Shown here piece by piece: positions 52,635 to 61,810 of a DNA stretch of 64,000 nucleotides. The translations under genes were made by a program, and so were the position numbers. Source of the stretch: Deltaproteobacteria bacterium. Its GTDB lineage: Bacteria > Myxococcota_A > Polyangia > DRWM01 > JAAZOP01. Under the pieces are notes generated by a model. The model saw nothing but the letters and a program-made list of their open reading frames with translations. It was not told the origin of the DNA and searched no databases. Every line of letters begins with the position of its first letter. Positions within the stretch are counted from its first letter, which is position 1. The DNA is taken from the NCBI GenBank assembly GCA_016218815.1, contig JACRCX010000025.1, positions 237,389 through 301,388 of the forward strand. The letters run 5' to 3'.

Positions 52635-53749
52635 GTAAGCACCAGACCCATCGGGCCGATCGCGACCGCGGGCCCGCCCCCTTCCGGCGGTTGTTCTTCC
52701 TCTTCCACCAGGAGTCCCACCAGCAGCGCGGCGACGCCGGCCGCAGCCGTCAGTCCGATCATCACGTCCGTCGTTACCTCCAACGCCACGATCCGGTCGT
52801 ACGTGGCCCGGTCGCGCGTCGACGAGTCCTCGTAGTCCGACAGGTCTGCCAGGGCCGCGGAGCCGGTCGAGATCGCGATGACCCCCGTCGCGGCCCCGAC
52901 GCCGATCGCCGCCCAGAACCAGGGGCTCAGACTCCCGCCCGCGGCGGTCTCGTCCTCCTCCCCGGCGCCCGTCTCGGCGCCGGCCCCCTGCCCGCCCTGC
53001 CCACTCTCCCCGCTTTGCCCACTCTCCCCACTCTCTCCGCCTGGCCCGCTCTGTCCGACCTGTCCGCTCTCCCCTCCCCCCGTGCCCTCCTCCCTCTCCA
53101 ACACGACCGATACCGTCACCGACTCGCCGCCCGGCAGGTCCAGGTTCTGCGTGTGTTCCACGAACCCCGCCAGCCGCACGCGCAGGGCGTGGGTCCCGCC
53201 CGCGACTTCGACGGGGATGGCGAGGGGGGAGACGCCGCGGACGAGGTCATCGACGAAGACGAGGGCGCCCGGCTGGTCGACCTCGACCATGAGCGAGCAC
53301 GGGAGGGCATCCATCTCCTCGAGCGACCGCTCGGCCTCCCCGCGCAGTCGGGCTTCGGCGCCGCCGGCCGTATCGGCCAGGAAGCGCCGCAGCGTCTCGC
53401 GGGCGCCGTGGATGTCGTCGAGCATGCGTTGGGTCGTGCCGACGTGGTACAGCGTCGCCGGCCGCGGGTTCAGCTCGTACGACTTCCGGAACGCCTCGAG
53501 CGCCGCGGCGTAGTCCTGCCGTTCGAACGCCTCGGTCCCCCGCTCGAGCTGAGCTCGCGCCTCGCGCTCCTCCGCCCGGGTCTGGCCCGCGGCCGCGGCC
53601 GGCCAGCCGAGCAACGCCACCGCGAGCAGGGCCGGCACCCATGCGCCCGCGAGCCGCGCGCTCCCCGGCACTCGACTGCTCCGCGGGCGACCGACTTCCG
53701 CGTCGCCCGACCCACCGCAACCTGACCGTCCGCTCCACCGGGTCGTCAT
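52628..53749 (-). CDS. PEGA-domain protein with N-terminal TPR-like region, Gly/Ser/Glu-rich linker and C-terminal membrane segments
   Basis: Signal peptide ALLAVALLGWPAAAAGQ. The PEGA-like block is LMVEVDQPGALVFVDDLVRGVSPLAIPVEVAGGTHALRV. The GESGQ repeats are encoded by imperfect tandem DNA repeats at about 52990-53060. Confidence 0.7.
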   Translation of the reverse strand: MTTRWSGRSGCGGSGDAEVGRPRSSRVPGSARLAGAWVPALLAVALLGWPAAAAGQTRAEEREARAQLERGTEAFERQDYAAALEAFRKSYELNPRPATLYHVGTTQRMLDDIHGARETLRRFLADTAGGAEARLRGEAERSLEEMDALPCSLMVEVDQPGALVFVDDLVRGVSPLAIPVEVAGGTHALRVRLAGFVEHTQNLDLPGGESVTVSVVLEREEGTGGGESGQVGQSGPGGESGESGQSGESGQGGQGAGAETGAGEEDETAAGGSLSPWFWAAIGVGAATGVIAISTGSAALADLSDYEDSSTRDRATYDRIVALEVTTDVMIGLTAAAGVAALLVGLLVEEEEQPPEGGGPAVAIGPMGLVLTW

Positions 53750-53901
53750 CGGCACGACCTCCTCCCGCCGCTCGGCCCCCTCCACGCGCGTGCGGGCCGC
53801 CGCAGCGTCGCCATTCGTCTACCCTACCACACCGCACTCCGCAACCGCGCCCGCCCGCGGCCTGCCCAGGCCTCCGCCCGGACCAACAACTCGACCCGGA
53901 C

Positions 53902-53935
53902 GACCAACCAAGAACCAAGAACCAAGAACCAAGAA
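53902..53935 (+). repeat. Family C tandem repeat, copy 2 (gaccaaccaagaaccaagaaccaagaaccaagaa)
   Basis: Four AACCAAG units lie in the divergent spacer between the PEGA gene and the STPK-like gene. Confidence 0.9.
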
Positions 53936-54070
53936 TTCTTCCACCATCGACTCCCGATCGTTGATCCCGCCCCCCTTCGCACCTACACTGCCGGACGGCA
54001 TGTGCGCTCCTGCGGCTCGAAGCGGGGGCCGGTTCGATACCGTCGAGTCGCACATCAGCCCGCGAAGACG

Positions 54071-55990
54071 ATGACCGAACCACACCGCAGCCGCGTACCC
54101 CCCACGATTCCCGGCTACCGGCTCGTCCGGCCGCTTGGACCGCCCGGGATCTACGAGGCCGAGCATGGCGAGTCCCGGAGCGCCGTCGCCGTGCAGGTCG
54201 TGGACCGGGACGTGTCCACCGGTGACGGTTTCCTGGCGCGTTTCCAGCGGGAGGCCGACGCCCTCAAGTCGGTTCGGCACCCGCACGTCGCGGAGCTCCG
54301 CAGCCTGCAAGCGCCGACGGCCGAGGCGACGGCCTTCGTGGTGCTGGAGCCGCTCCTGGGCGAGACGCTGGACGATCGGTTGACGCACGGACCCGCGCTC
54401 CGCGAGGCGGCCGCCGTCCGCATCGCGATCCAGATGCTGGAAGGCCTGTCGGCGGCGCATCGCGGCGGCGCCGTCCACCACGACCTGCGCCCCGAGAACG
54501 TGTTCCTCGTCCCGGGTCCGGACGGCAAGCCCCGCGTGAAGCTCGTCGGCTTCGGGCTCGGCCGCCCGGTCGCGACCGCGGACCTCACGGACCAGGTGCC
54601 GGAGTCGGCCGGTACCGTGCTGCAGCCGGGCTACGCGCCGCCGGAGGCGTTCTCCGAGCGACCGGCGGACGTCACCGGCAACGTCTTCAGCGCCGGCATG
54701 ATCCTCTACCACCTGCTCGCCGGCCGCCTGCCGTTCAAGGCGAGCAACCCCGAGGCGTTGTGGGTCGAGCGCCTGTGTGACCGCGAGGGTTCGGGCGAGT
54801 ACCGCTCGTCGCGGGACTGGATCGCGACCATCCCGCCGATGCTCTCCGAGGCGGTTTCGCTGGCAATCCGGCGACGACCTGCCGAGCGCTACCCGTCCGC
54901 CGAGGCGTTCCGCCGCCGGTTGCTCGAATTCGAAGCCTCGACCGGCGAGGGGCGCGCCTCGCGACCGTCCGTCCGACCGCCGGCCGGCACGGACCGCGCC
55001 TCGTCCGCGGGTCGCGCCGTCTCGTCCGCGCCGTCTTCCGCGGCGGCCGATCGAACGTCCTCGAAGCCGCCGGCGGCCCCGGCCCGCACGTCCTCGAGGC
55101 CGCCGGCCGCACCCCTCCCCTCTTCGGGGCCTCCCGACCCGACGCTGCGAAGATCGGAAACGCCGCCCGCGACCCTCCGCCCCTCCTCCGAACCGCCCGG
55201 ACCGGCCGAGCGAAGGTCGTCGGCCCCCCCGCGGCGACCTTCCTCACGACCGCCCACCCGCCCTAGTCTTCGCCCGCTCGACCGCCTCGTCGCTTCCGAA
55301 CCACCCGGTGAACGCGAGTCGATGCCCGCGGCGCCGCGCCCCAGCTTGTCGCCCCGCCCGCGGGGCCAGTGGATCGACCTCGCGCTGGGCGTGGCGGCGA
55401 CTGCAGCGGCCGTATTCCTGCTTCTGCGGGCGAGGCCATCGGGCGTCTCGTCGGGGACGGCCGGCCCGCCCGCCGGGACGACCGACGGGGATTTCGTGGC
55501 GGTCGGGCCTTCCGCGCGAGCCGGCGCGGGGACGGCCGGGTCGGCGGCCGATGCCGGGTTCGTCGAGGCGCCGGGAGACGCCGGGCCTGGGGCGCCGCCG
55601 CTCGAGGCTTCGGGCGGCGCGGCCGTGTGGGAGGATCCCCTGTCTCCCTTCGCGGTCTCTGCACTGCCGCCGGTCGCGGCTTGGCCCGACGGCCGCGGGG
55701 GGCCCGACGGCCTGGCGGAGCCGTACGAGCCCGCCTCGCCTCCCGGGGTGACGCTGCCTGCGCCGGCGCCCGGGATGGTGCGCCTGCGTTTCGCCGTTCG
55801 GCCGCCGAACGCCGTCGTGCACGTGGACGGCCGGCCCGTGGGGGTCTACAACACGATCGACCTGCCCCGGGCGGACCGCACGTTGACCGTCACGGTCGAA
55901 CCGCCCGACGACCGCTTCCTGCGGTACGAGGGCTACTTCGTGGCGCTACGCAGCCGCACCATCGCCATCCGCCTCGAGCAACGGGAGTAA
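54071..55990 (+). CDS. Hanks-type kinase-fold protein, predicted pseudokinase, with Pro/Ser-rich linker, TM segment and C-terminal PEGA-like domain
   Basis: Kinase fold with degenerate motifs. VAVQVV replaces VAIK, so the Lys is lost. HHDLRPEN is present. VGFGLG replaces DFG, so the Asp is lost. The TM is LALGVAATAAAVFLLL, and the C-terminus reads RLRFAVRPPNAVVHVDGRPVG. Confidence 0.75.
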   Translation: MTEPHRSRVPPTIPGYRLVRPLGPPGIYEAEHGESRSAVAVQVVDRDVSTGDGFLARFQREADALKSVRHPHVAELRSLQAPTAEATAFVVLEPLLGETLDDRLTHGPALREAAAVRIAIQMLEGLSAAHRGGAVHHDLRPENVFLVPGPDGKPRVKLVGFGLGRPVATADLTDQVPESAGTVLQPGYAPPEAFSERPADVTGNVFSAGMILYHLLAGRLPFKASNPEALWVERLCDREGSGEYRSSRDWIATIPPMLSEAVSLAIRRRPAERYPSAEAFRRRLLEFEASTGEGRASRPSVRPPAGTDRASSAGRAVSSAPSSAAADRTSSKPPAAPARTSSRPPAAPLPSSGPPDPTLRRSETPPATLRPSSEPPGPAERRSSAPPRRPSSRPPTRPSLRPLDRLVASEPPGERESMPAAPRPSLSPRPRGQWIDLALGVAATAAAVFLLLRARPSGVSSGTAGPPAGTTDGDFVAVGPSARAGAGTAGSAADAGFVEAPGDAGPGAPPLEASGGAAVWEDPLSPFAVSALPPVAAWPDGRGGPDGLAEPYEPASPPGVTLPAPAPGMVRLRFAVRPPNAVVHVDGRPVGVYNTIDLPRADRTLTVTVEPPDDRFLRYEGYFVALRSRTIAIRLEQRE

Positions 55991-56003
55991 TGAGGCGGGG
56001 GAA

Positions 56004-56027
56004 GTCGTGAGTCGTGAGTCATGAGTC
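56004..56027 (+). repeat. Tandem repeat gtcgtga-gtcgtga-gtcatga-gtc
   Basis: Three 7-bp units lie in the spacer after the STPK-like gene stop (55990). Confidence 0.85.
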
Positions 56028-56080
56028 CGGGCACGGGCGCGGGCCTTGCCGTGGTATCCTTGGCGCCCAGGAGGAATGCC

Positions 56081-58429
56081 ATGCACGGTCAACGCTGCAC
56101 GTCCGTCCGGCTCGCGCGACTTGCGCCGGTCCTCGTCGTCGCCCTCGTGCAGGCCCTCGCGGGCGCGGCGCACGCCCAGCCGGCGGACCTGATCTACGAC
56201 GACGGCACGCCCTCGGGGTCCCTGCGCGATCTGGCGCCGGGGGACATCGAGGTGACGCGGATGACGCCCGAGCATCCGGCGCGCCTGCTGTCGGTCGAGC
56301 TGTACACGGTGGCCGGGGGCTGCACGCTGCACGCCGCGGTGTGGCCGGACGACGGCGGCAATGCGCCCGACGTCGACCATCCGCTGTGGGAGGAGGAGCA
56401 GACGGTCGATGCCGCGGGGTGGGTTTCCTTCGATCTCCCCGCGGGCGCGGTGGTGCTGGACCCACCGCATCACTTCTACGTCGGCCACGTCCTGCAGGAC
56501 CCGGCGTGCCAGTTGTCGTGGGACGGCAGCGGCTCGGACGAGCCCCGCAGCCTGGCGCGGATCGGCGGCAACTGGTACCAGATCATCGATTCGTCCACTC
56601 CGCCGAGGTACCTCGACGCGCTTGCCCGCGCGCACGTCGAGTACTTCGACGTCCGCACCGAGTTCGATTTCGAGGACGCCACCGCCGCGTCGGGCCTGCC
56701 GGCGGGAATGGGGCGCATGGCCTGGGGCGATTGCGACGGCGACGGCGACGACGACCTGCTGGTCGACGGCGGACGCCTGTTCCGCAACGACGGCGACGCG
56801 TCGTTCGCCGACGTCACCGACGCCGCGGGCATCGGCGGCCACCCGACCAACGGCGGCGTGTGGGCCGACTTCGACAACGACGGCGATCTCGACTTCTACG
56901 CCACGGTCAACAACTACTACCGCGACTGCACGGAGGATGCGGACTGCACGTGGTGCACGATCGTCACGAACCCCGACGGCACCTATGCCTGCGGCGAGAC
57001 GCACGACGATCACACCTGCTCCGGCGGGTTCTGCCTCCCGCCGTCGGGGGTGCGCGAGCACGACCGGCTGTGGCGCAACGAGGGCGACGGCACCTTCACG
57101 GACGTGTCGGAGGAGGCGGGCCGGCCGTACGACTACCTGCCCAGCGAGGCGGCGGCGTGGGGCGACTACGACGGTGACGGCTTCGTCGACCTGTACGTGG
57201 CCAACTACGAGAAGCCCGTGGAATGGTCGGCCGGGGCGCTCTCCGTCGGCACGCCGGATCAGTTGTGGCGCAACCAGGGCGACGGCACGTTCGCGGACGC
57301 GACGGCCGCGGCCGGCGTCGTCGCGACGCGGGCCCGGTGTGGCCGGGGCGTGTCGTGGGCCGACTACGACCGCGACGGCGACCTCGACCTCTACGTCGCC
57401 AACTACCGCCTGAACCCGAACTTCTTCTACCGCAACCGCGGCGACGGGACCTTCGAGGAAATCGCGCGAGCGAACGGCACGGAAGGCATCCCGGCGAGCG
57501 GAGCCTGGGGCCACTCGATCGGTGCGGCCTGGGGCGACGTCGACAACGACGGCGACTGGGACCTCTTCGTCGCCAACCTGGCCCATCCCCGCTTCATCAC
57601 CTTCTCCGACAAGAGCATGCTCTACGTCTCGTCCGGCGCGCCCGACTTCCTGTTCACCGACATCCGCGAGGAAGCCGGCATCGCCTACAGCGAGACCCAC
57701 TCCAACCCGGCCTGGGGCGACGTAGAAAACGACGGGGACATCGACCTCTTTCTCACCGACATCTACGTCGGGTACCGCTCGTTCCTCTACCGCAACGACG
57801 GAGACAACACGTTCACCGACGCGACCTACCCCTCGGGGATCGACGTGGACAACGGCTGGGGCTGCGCCTGGGCCGATGCCGATCGCGACGGCCGGCTCGA
57901 CCTGGCGACCCGCTCGTTCTGGCTCAACCGCACGCCCGACGCGGGGCACTGGCTCGAGGTGCGCCTCGCCGGCACCGACTCGAACGCGGCAGCGATCGGG
58001 GCCCAGGTCGCCGTCACGGCCGGGGGTCGGACGATGCTGCGGCAGGTGGAAGGCGGGAGCGGCACGGGCGTGCAGAATTCGCTCATCCTGCACTTCGGGC
58101 TGGGAAGCGCGACCCAGGCCGCGACGGTCTCGATCCGCTGGCCGTCGGGGCTCGTCGAGGACTACGCGGACGTCGACGCCGACCAGGTCGTGACCTACCG
58201 CGAGGGAGACCTGGCGAACCCGCCCGAGGACGGCGGGGACGGCGGCGAGGTGGACGGGGCGGAGGACGTTCCGGACGAGGCGGGCGGCGACGCAGGAGCG
58301 CCTTCGGGCGGCGGGGGATGCTCGTGCCGGGCCGCGGGCGGAGGAGTGGGGGGGGAGTTGTTGTTGGTTCTTGGTTGTTGGTTCTTGGTCCGGACGCGGA
58401 CCGGGTGCAGGTCGAGCCGTCGGACCTGA
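56081..58429 (+). CDS. CRTAC1-family protein (FG-GAP/VCBS repeats + ASPIC/UnbV domain) with MYXO-CTERM-like tail
   Basis: The ATG at 56081 follows AGGAGGA, and the signal is VVALVQALAGAAHA. Repeats include WGDCDGDGDDDLL, WADFDNDGDLDFY, WGDYDGDGFVDLYV, WADYDRDGDLDLYV, WGDVDNDGDWDLF and WGDVENDGDIDLF. The UnbV-like block is GAQVAVTAGGRTMLRQVEGGSGTG. The tail reads GGGGCSCRAAGGG...LLLVLGCWFLVRTR. Confidence 0.85.
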   Translation: MHGQRCTSVRLARLAPVLVVALVQALAGAAHAQPADLIYDDGTPSGSLRDLAPGDIEVTRMTPEHPARLLSVELYTVAGGCTLHAAVWPDDGGNAPDVDHPLWEEEQTVDAAGWVSFDLPAGAVVLDPPHHFYVGHVLQDPACQLSWDGSGSDEPRSLARIGGNWYQIIDSSTPPRYLDALARAHVEYFDVRTEFDFEDATAASGLPAGMGRMAWGDCDGDGDDDLLVDGGRLFRNDGDASFADVTDAAGIGGHPTNGGVWADFDNDGDLDFYATVNNYYRDCTEDADCTWCTIVTNPDGTYACGETHDDHTCSGGFCLPPSGVREHDRLWRNEGDGTFTDVSEEAGRPYDYLPSEAAAWGDYDGDGFVDLYVANYEKPVEWSAGALSVGTPDQLWRNQGDGTFADATAAAGVVATRARCGRGVSWADYDRDGDLDLYVANYRLNPNFFYRNRGDGTFEEIARANGTEGIPASGAWGHSIGAAWGDVDNDGDWDLFVANLAHPRFITFSDKSMLYVSSGAPDFLFTDIREEAGIAYSETHSNPAWGDVENDGDIDLFLTDIYVGYRSFLYRNDGDNTFTDATYPSGIDVDNGWGCAWADADRDGRLDLATRSFWLNRTPDAGHWLEVRLAGTDSNAAAIGAQVAVTAGGRTMLRQVEGGSGTGVQNSLILHFGLGSATQAATVSIRWPSGLVEDYADVDADQVVTYREGDLANPPEDGGDGGEVDGAEDVPDEAGGDAGAPSGGGGCSCRAAGGGVGGELLLVLGCWFLVRTRTGCRSSRRT
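58357..58390 (-). repeat. Family C tandem repeat, copy 3 (reverse orientation; gttgttgttggttcttggttgttggttcttggtc on + strand)
   Basis: This is the reverse complement of the AACCAAGAACC units. Here it encodes the hydrophobic LLLVLGCWFLV segment of the CRTAC1-like tail. Confidence 0.9.
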
Positions 58430-58482
58430 AGCGGCGGTCGTTCTCTCTTCCGAATTGACGGCGCCCCTGGTATGAACCAGAC

Positions 58483-61251
58483 ATGCCGCTGGGCTGGCGG
58501 GAGATCACCCAACGCGCGGTCCGCTTCGGCCAGCAATGGTCCGAGGCGGGGAGCGAGCGGGCCGAGAAGCAGACGTTCTGGAACGAGTTTTTCGACGTGT
58601 TCGGAGTGCGCCGCCGGACGGTGGCCAGCTTCGAGGAGCCCGTGCGCGGCATCTCCGGTCACTACGGCTACATCGATCTGTTCTGGCGCGGGATCCTGCT
58701 GGTCGAGCACAAGAGTCGAGGCTTGGATCTCGGCGCTGCGCGTTCTCAAGCATTCGCCTACATCCAGGATCTGGTTCGCGACGGTCGCACCGAAGAGGTC
58801 CCGCGCTACGTCATCGTGTCGGACTTCGCGCGCATTGCGTTGCACGACCTGGAGCCGGAGGAGAGCGGACCCCATCCCAAGGTCGGCGACTTCTCCGTAC
58901 AGACCCTGGAATTCCCGCTGGCGGATCTGCACCGATGCATCAGGGCCTTCGCGTTCATCCCCGGCTACAAGCAGCACAAGTTCGAGGACCAGGATCCGAT
59001 CAACCTCCGCGCGGTGGCGATCATGGGCCGGCTGCACGACGCGCTGGCGGAGGGCGGCTACCGCGGCCACGCGCTGGAGCGGTTCCTGGTGCGGATGGTG
59101 TTCTGCCTCTTCGCGGAGGACACGGGGATCTTCGAGCGCGACGCGTTCCGGCTGTTCCTGGAGCAGAAGACGCGGGAGGACGGGTCCGATCTCGGTTCCC
59201 AGCTCGCCCACCTGTTCCAGGTGCTCAACACGCCGGTGCACGAGCGCCAGCGGAATCTCGACGAGTTGCTCGCGCCGCTGCAGTTCGTGAATGGGGACCT
59301 GTTCGCCGAGGACCTCGGCTTCGCCGAGTTCAACCGCGACATGCGCAACGCGCTGCTCGCCTGTACGAGGTTCGACTGGTCGCGCATCTCGCCTGCGATT
59401 TTCGGGTCGCTGTTCCTGGAGGTAATGGAGCCGCGCGAGCGCCGACAGCTCGGGGGACACTACACGAGCGAGCGCGACATCCTGAAGGTCATCCGAGGAC
59501 AGTTCCTGGACGAGTTGCGGACGGAGTTCCAGCGGGCCAAGGGCGACAAGACCACGCTTCGCCGCTTCCGGGACAAGCTGGCGTCGCTGCGCTTCCTGGA
59601 CCCGGCCTGCGGCTGCGGGAATTTCCTCGTGGTCAGTTACCGCGAAATGCGGCTGCTGGAAATGGAGGTGCTTGCGCTCCTCAACGGCAAGGGCCAGCAG
59701 GAGCTGCCGTTGCCGATGGTGGACGTCGACGCCTTCTTCGGGATCGAGATCCTCGAGTGGCCGGTACGGATCGCCGAGGTGGCCATGTGGCTCATGGACC
59801 ACCAGATGAACCTGCGCTTCTCGGAAACGACCGGCGAGCCGTACGCCCGGCTCCCGCTCCGCAAGTCGCCGCGCATCGTCCAGTCCAATGCCCTGAGGAT
59901 CGACTGGAGCGACGTCCTGCCGGCCGCGCGGTGCACCTACGTCCTGGGGAACCCGCCATTTGTCGGCAAGAAGGAGCAGAACCCGCAGCAGAAGGAAGAC
60001 CTGGCGGGCCTGTTCGGCGACGTCCAGGGGGCCGGCGTCCTGGACTACGTCTGCGGCTGGTATCGCAAGGCGGCGGACTACATCCGCGGCACGAAGGTGA
60101 AGGTCGCCTTCGTGTCGACGAACTCGATCACCCAGGGCGAGCAGGTCGGCGTGCTGTGGAAGGCCCTGCTCGACCGGTACGGGCTGCGCATCCACTTCGC
60201 GCACCGAACATTCGCCTGGGAGAGCGAGGCGCGCGGCAAGGCGCACGTGCACGTGGTGATCGTCGGGTTCGCGGCATGCAACGCAACGCGCCGGACGCTT
60301 TACGAGTACGAGGACCCGAGGGGCGAGCCGCACGTCTTCGCCGCGTCCAACATCAATCCCTATCTGGCCGATGCACCGAATGTCCTCCTGACCAAGCGCT
60401 CGATCCAGGTCGGCGGAGGTCCGCGCATCTCCTACGGCAGCATGGCCAACGACCGGCGCAAGGGCGACAAGGGACCGGGGAACCTGATTCTGACCGAGGA
60501 GGACCGGAGCCGGATCCTGGGCGAGAGCCGGGCGTTGGGGCCGCACATCCGCCCGTTCGTCGGCAGCGAGGAGTTCCTCAACGGCACCCGGCGCTGGTGC
60601 CTGTGGCTGGTTGATGCCCCGTCCTCGCTCCTGCGCGAATCGCCGACCGTCATCCAGCGGATCGCGGCGGTCCGCAGGGCCCGGAGCGAGAGCGGGAGGG
60701 CCGAGACGAGGGAGTTGGCCAAGGTACCGCATCTGTTCGGCGAGATCCGGCAGCCGCGAACCCGATACCTGCTCATCCCCAAGGTTTCCTCCGAGACGCG
60801 GTACTACCTCCCAATCGGCTTCTTCCCGCCGTCCGTCATTGCCAACGGCAGCGCGCTGATCATCGCCGACGCGACGCTGTTCGACTTCGGCGTCTTGTCG
60901 TCCGCGATGCACATGGCATGGATGCGCTACACCTGCGGGCGAATGAAGTCCGACTTCCAATACTCGAGCCGCATCGTCTACAACAACTTCCCATGGCCTT
61001 CGCCGGCATCTGACAAGCCCCGCCGCGCGGTGGAAGATGCGGCGCGGCGGGTTCTTGCCGCGCGCAAGGCGGCCCCGGCCGACACCCCCGCCGAACTGTA
61101 CGACCCGCTGTGCATGGCGCGCGATCTGGTCAAGGCGCACCGCGAGCTGGATCGCGCCGTCGACCGCTGCTACCGCCCGAAGTCCTTCGGGTCCGAGCAG
61201 GAACGCGTGCGCTTCCTGTTCGCGCTGCTGCAGACCTTGCTGTCGCGGTAG
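58483..61251 (+). CDS. MmeI-family Type IIL (IIG) restriction-modification enzyme: nuclease + N6-adenine methyltransferase + target-recognition domain in one polypeptide
   Basis: 922 aa. The N-terminal PD-(D/E)xK-like motif is YIDLFW...LLVEHKS. MTase motif I is FLDPACGCGNFL and motif IV is GNPPFVG. The N-terminal WNEFFDVFGV block is typical of MmeI relatives. GC3 is lower than in neighbouring genes. Confidence 0.85.
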   Translation: MPLGWREITQRAVRFGQQWSEAGSERAEKQTFWNEFFDVFGVRRRTVASFEEPVRGISGHYGYIDLFWRGILLVEHKSRGLDLGAARSQAFAYIQDLVRDGRTEEVPRYVIVSDFARIALHDLEPEESGPHPKVGDFSVQTLEFPLADLHRCIRAFAFIPGYKQHKFEDQDPINLRAVAIMGRLHDALAEGGYRGHALERFLVRMVFCLFAEDTGIFERDAFRLFLEQKTREDGSDLGSQLAHLFQVLNTPVHERQRNLDELLAPLQFVNGDLFAEDLGFAEFNRDMRNALLACTRFDWSRISPAIFGSLFLEVMEPRERRQLGGHYTSERDILKVIRGQFLDELRTEFQRAKGDKTTLRRFRDKLASLRFLDPACGCGNFLVVSYREMRLLEMEVLALLNGKGQQELPLPMVDVDAFFGIEILEWPVRIAEVAMWLMDHQMNLRFSETTGEPYARLPLRKSPRIVQSNALRIDWSDVLPAARCTYVLGNPPFVGKKEQNPQQKEDLAGLFGDVQGAGVLDYVCGWYRKAADYIRGTKVKVAFVSTNSITQGEQVGVLWKALLDRYGLRIHFAHRTFAWESEARGKAHVHVVIVGFAACNATRRTLYEYEDPRGEPHVFAASNINPYLADAPNVLLTKRSIQVGGGPRISYGSMANDRRKGDKGPGNLILTEEDRSRILGESRALGPHIRPFVGSEEFLNGTRRWCLWLVDAPSSLLRESPTVIQRIAAVRRARSESGRAETRELAKVPHLFGEIRQPRTRYLLIPKVSSETRYYLPIGFFPPSVIANGSALIIADATLFDFGVLSSAMHMAWMRYTCGRMKSDFQYSSRIVYNNFPWPSPASDKPRRAVEDAARRVLAARKAAPADTPAELYDPLCMARDLVKAHRELDRAVDRCYRPKSFGSEQERVRFLFALLQTLLSR

Positions 61252-61318
61252 GCGGCCACGCAGGGCCGCGAACGCATCACGCGAGGTTTCCGAAGCACGT
61301 AAGTCCCCCCGGCACTGT

Positions 61319-61657
61319 CTACCCCTGGCTCGGACGTTCGCGCGACGCAGCCTCGAGGTACGTGATCAGGGAGGCGACGTTTTCGGTCAGCGAGCGCAGC
61401 CGGTCTTCGACGACCTGAAGGCGCGCTCCGAATGCCTCCAGCTCGCGGGTCAGCTCCGCCACATCTTCGGGCCGGACGCCGCCGCCGACGGTCGCCGCCC
61501 CGCGCACGGCCTGCGCCATCTTCGCGGCCAGCTCGGCGAGCCGCTTCGGGTCGCCGAGCAACCCCTGCCAGAACGACTCGAGCACCTTCTCCCAGGCCTG
61601 GGCCATCTGGACGCCGACCGCAGCGAACTCCCCGAAGGGCGACTTCCGCTCGCTCAT
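61319..61657 (-). CDS. Small coiled-coil protein, possibly PHA-granule-associated (phasin-like)
   Basis: ATG at 61657, 112 aa. It is divergent from phaR and reads MSERKSPFGEFAAVGVQMAQAWEKVLESFWQ...LEAFGARLQVVEDRLRSL. Confidence 0.45.
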   Translation of the reverse strand: MSERKSPFGEFAAVGVQMAQAWEKVLESFWQGLLGDPKRLAELAAKMAQAVRGAATVGGGVRPEDVAELTRELEAFGARLQVVEDRLRSLTENVASLITYLEAASRERPSQG

Positions 61658-61810
61658 GACGCTTCTCCCCGGCGGGACCGAGACGCCGTTGCCGCCGTCG
61701 CCGCGGACTGTAGCACGCCCCAGGCCGCGTTTCGGCCGCGGTTGCAGCCCGCGTCCCGCTCGGTTAGGTTGGAGCGGCGCCGCAACGCGAGCGGCGGACG
61801 GACGAGGGCG

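Noticed and set aside
54020-54045. tRNA-like T-arm string (ggccggttcgataccg).
   Set aside because: I could not fold the flanking sequence into an acceptor stem or an anticodon arm, and the T-stem halves do not pair. It lies in the leader of the STPK-like gene.
58483-61251. Interpretation of the large methyltransferase as BREX PglX.
   Set aside because: The N-terminal D...EHK nuclease motif is present and the ~920-aa size fits MmeI-type enzymes. No brxA/B/C, pglZ or brxL-like genes flank it in this window.
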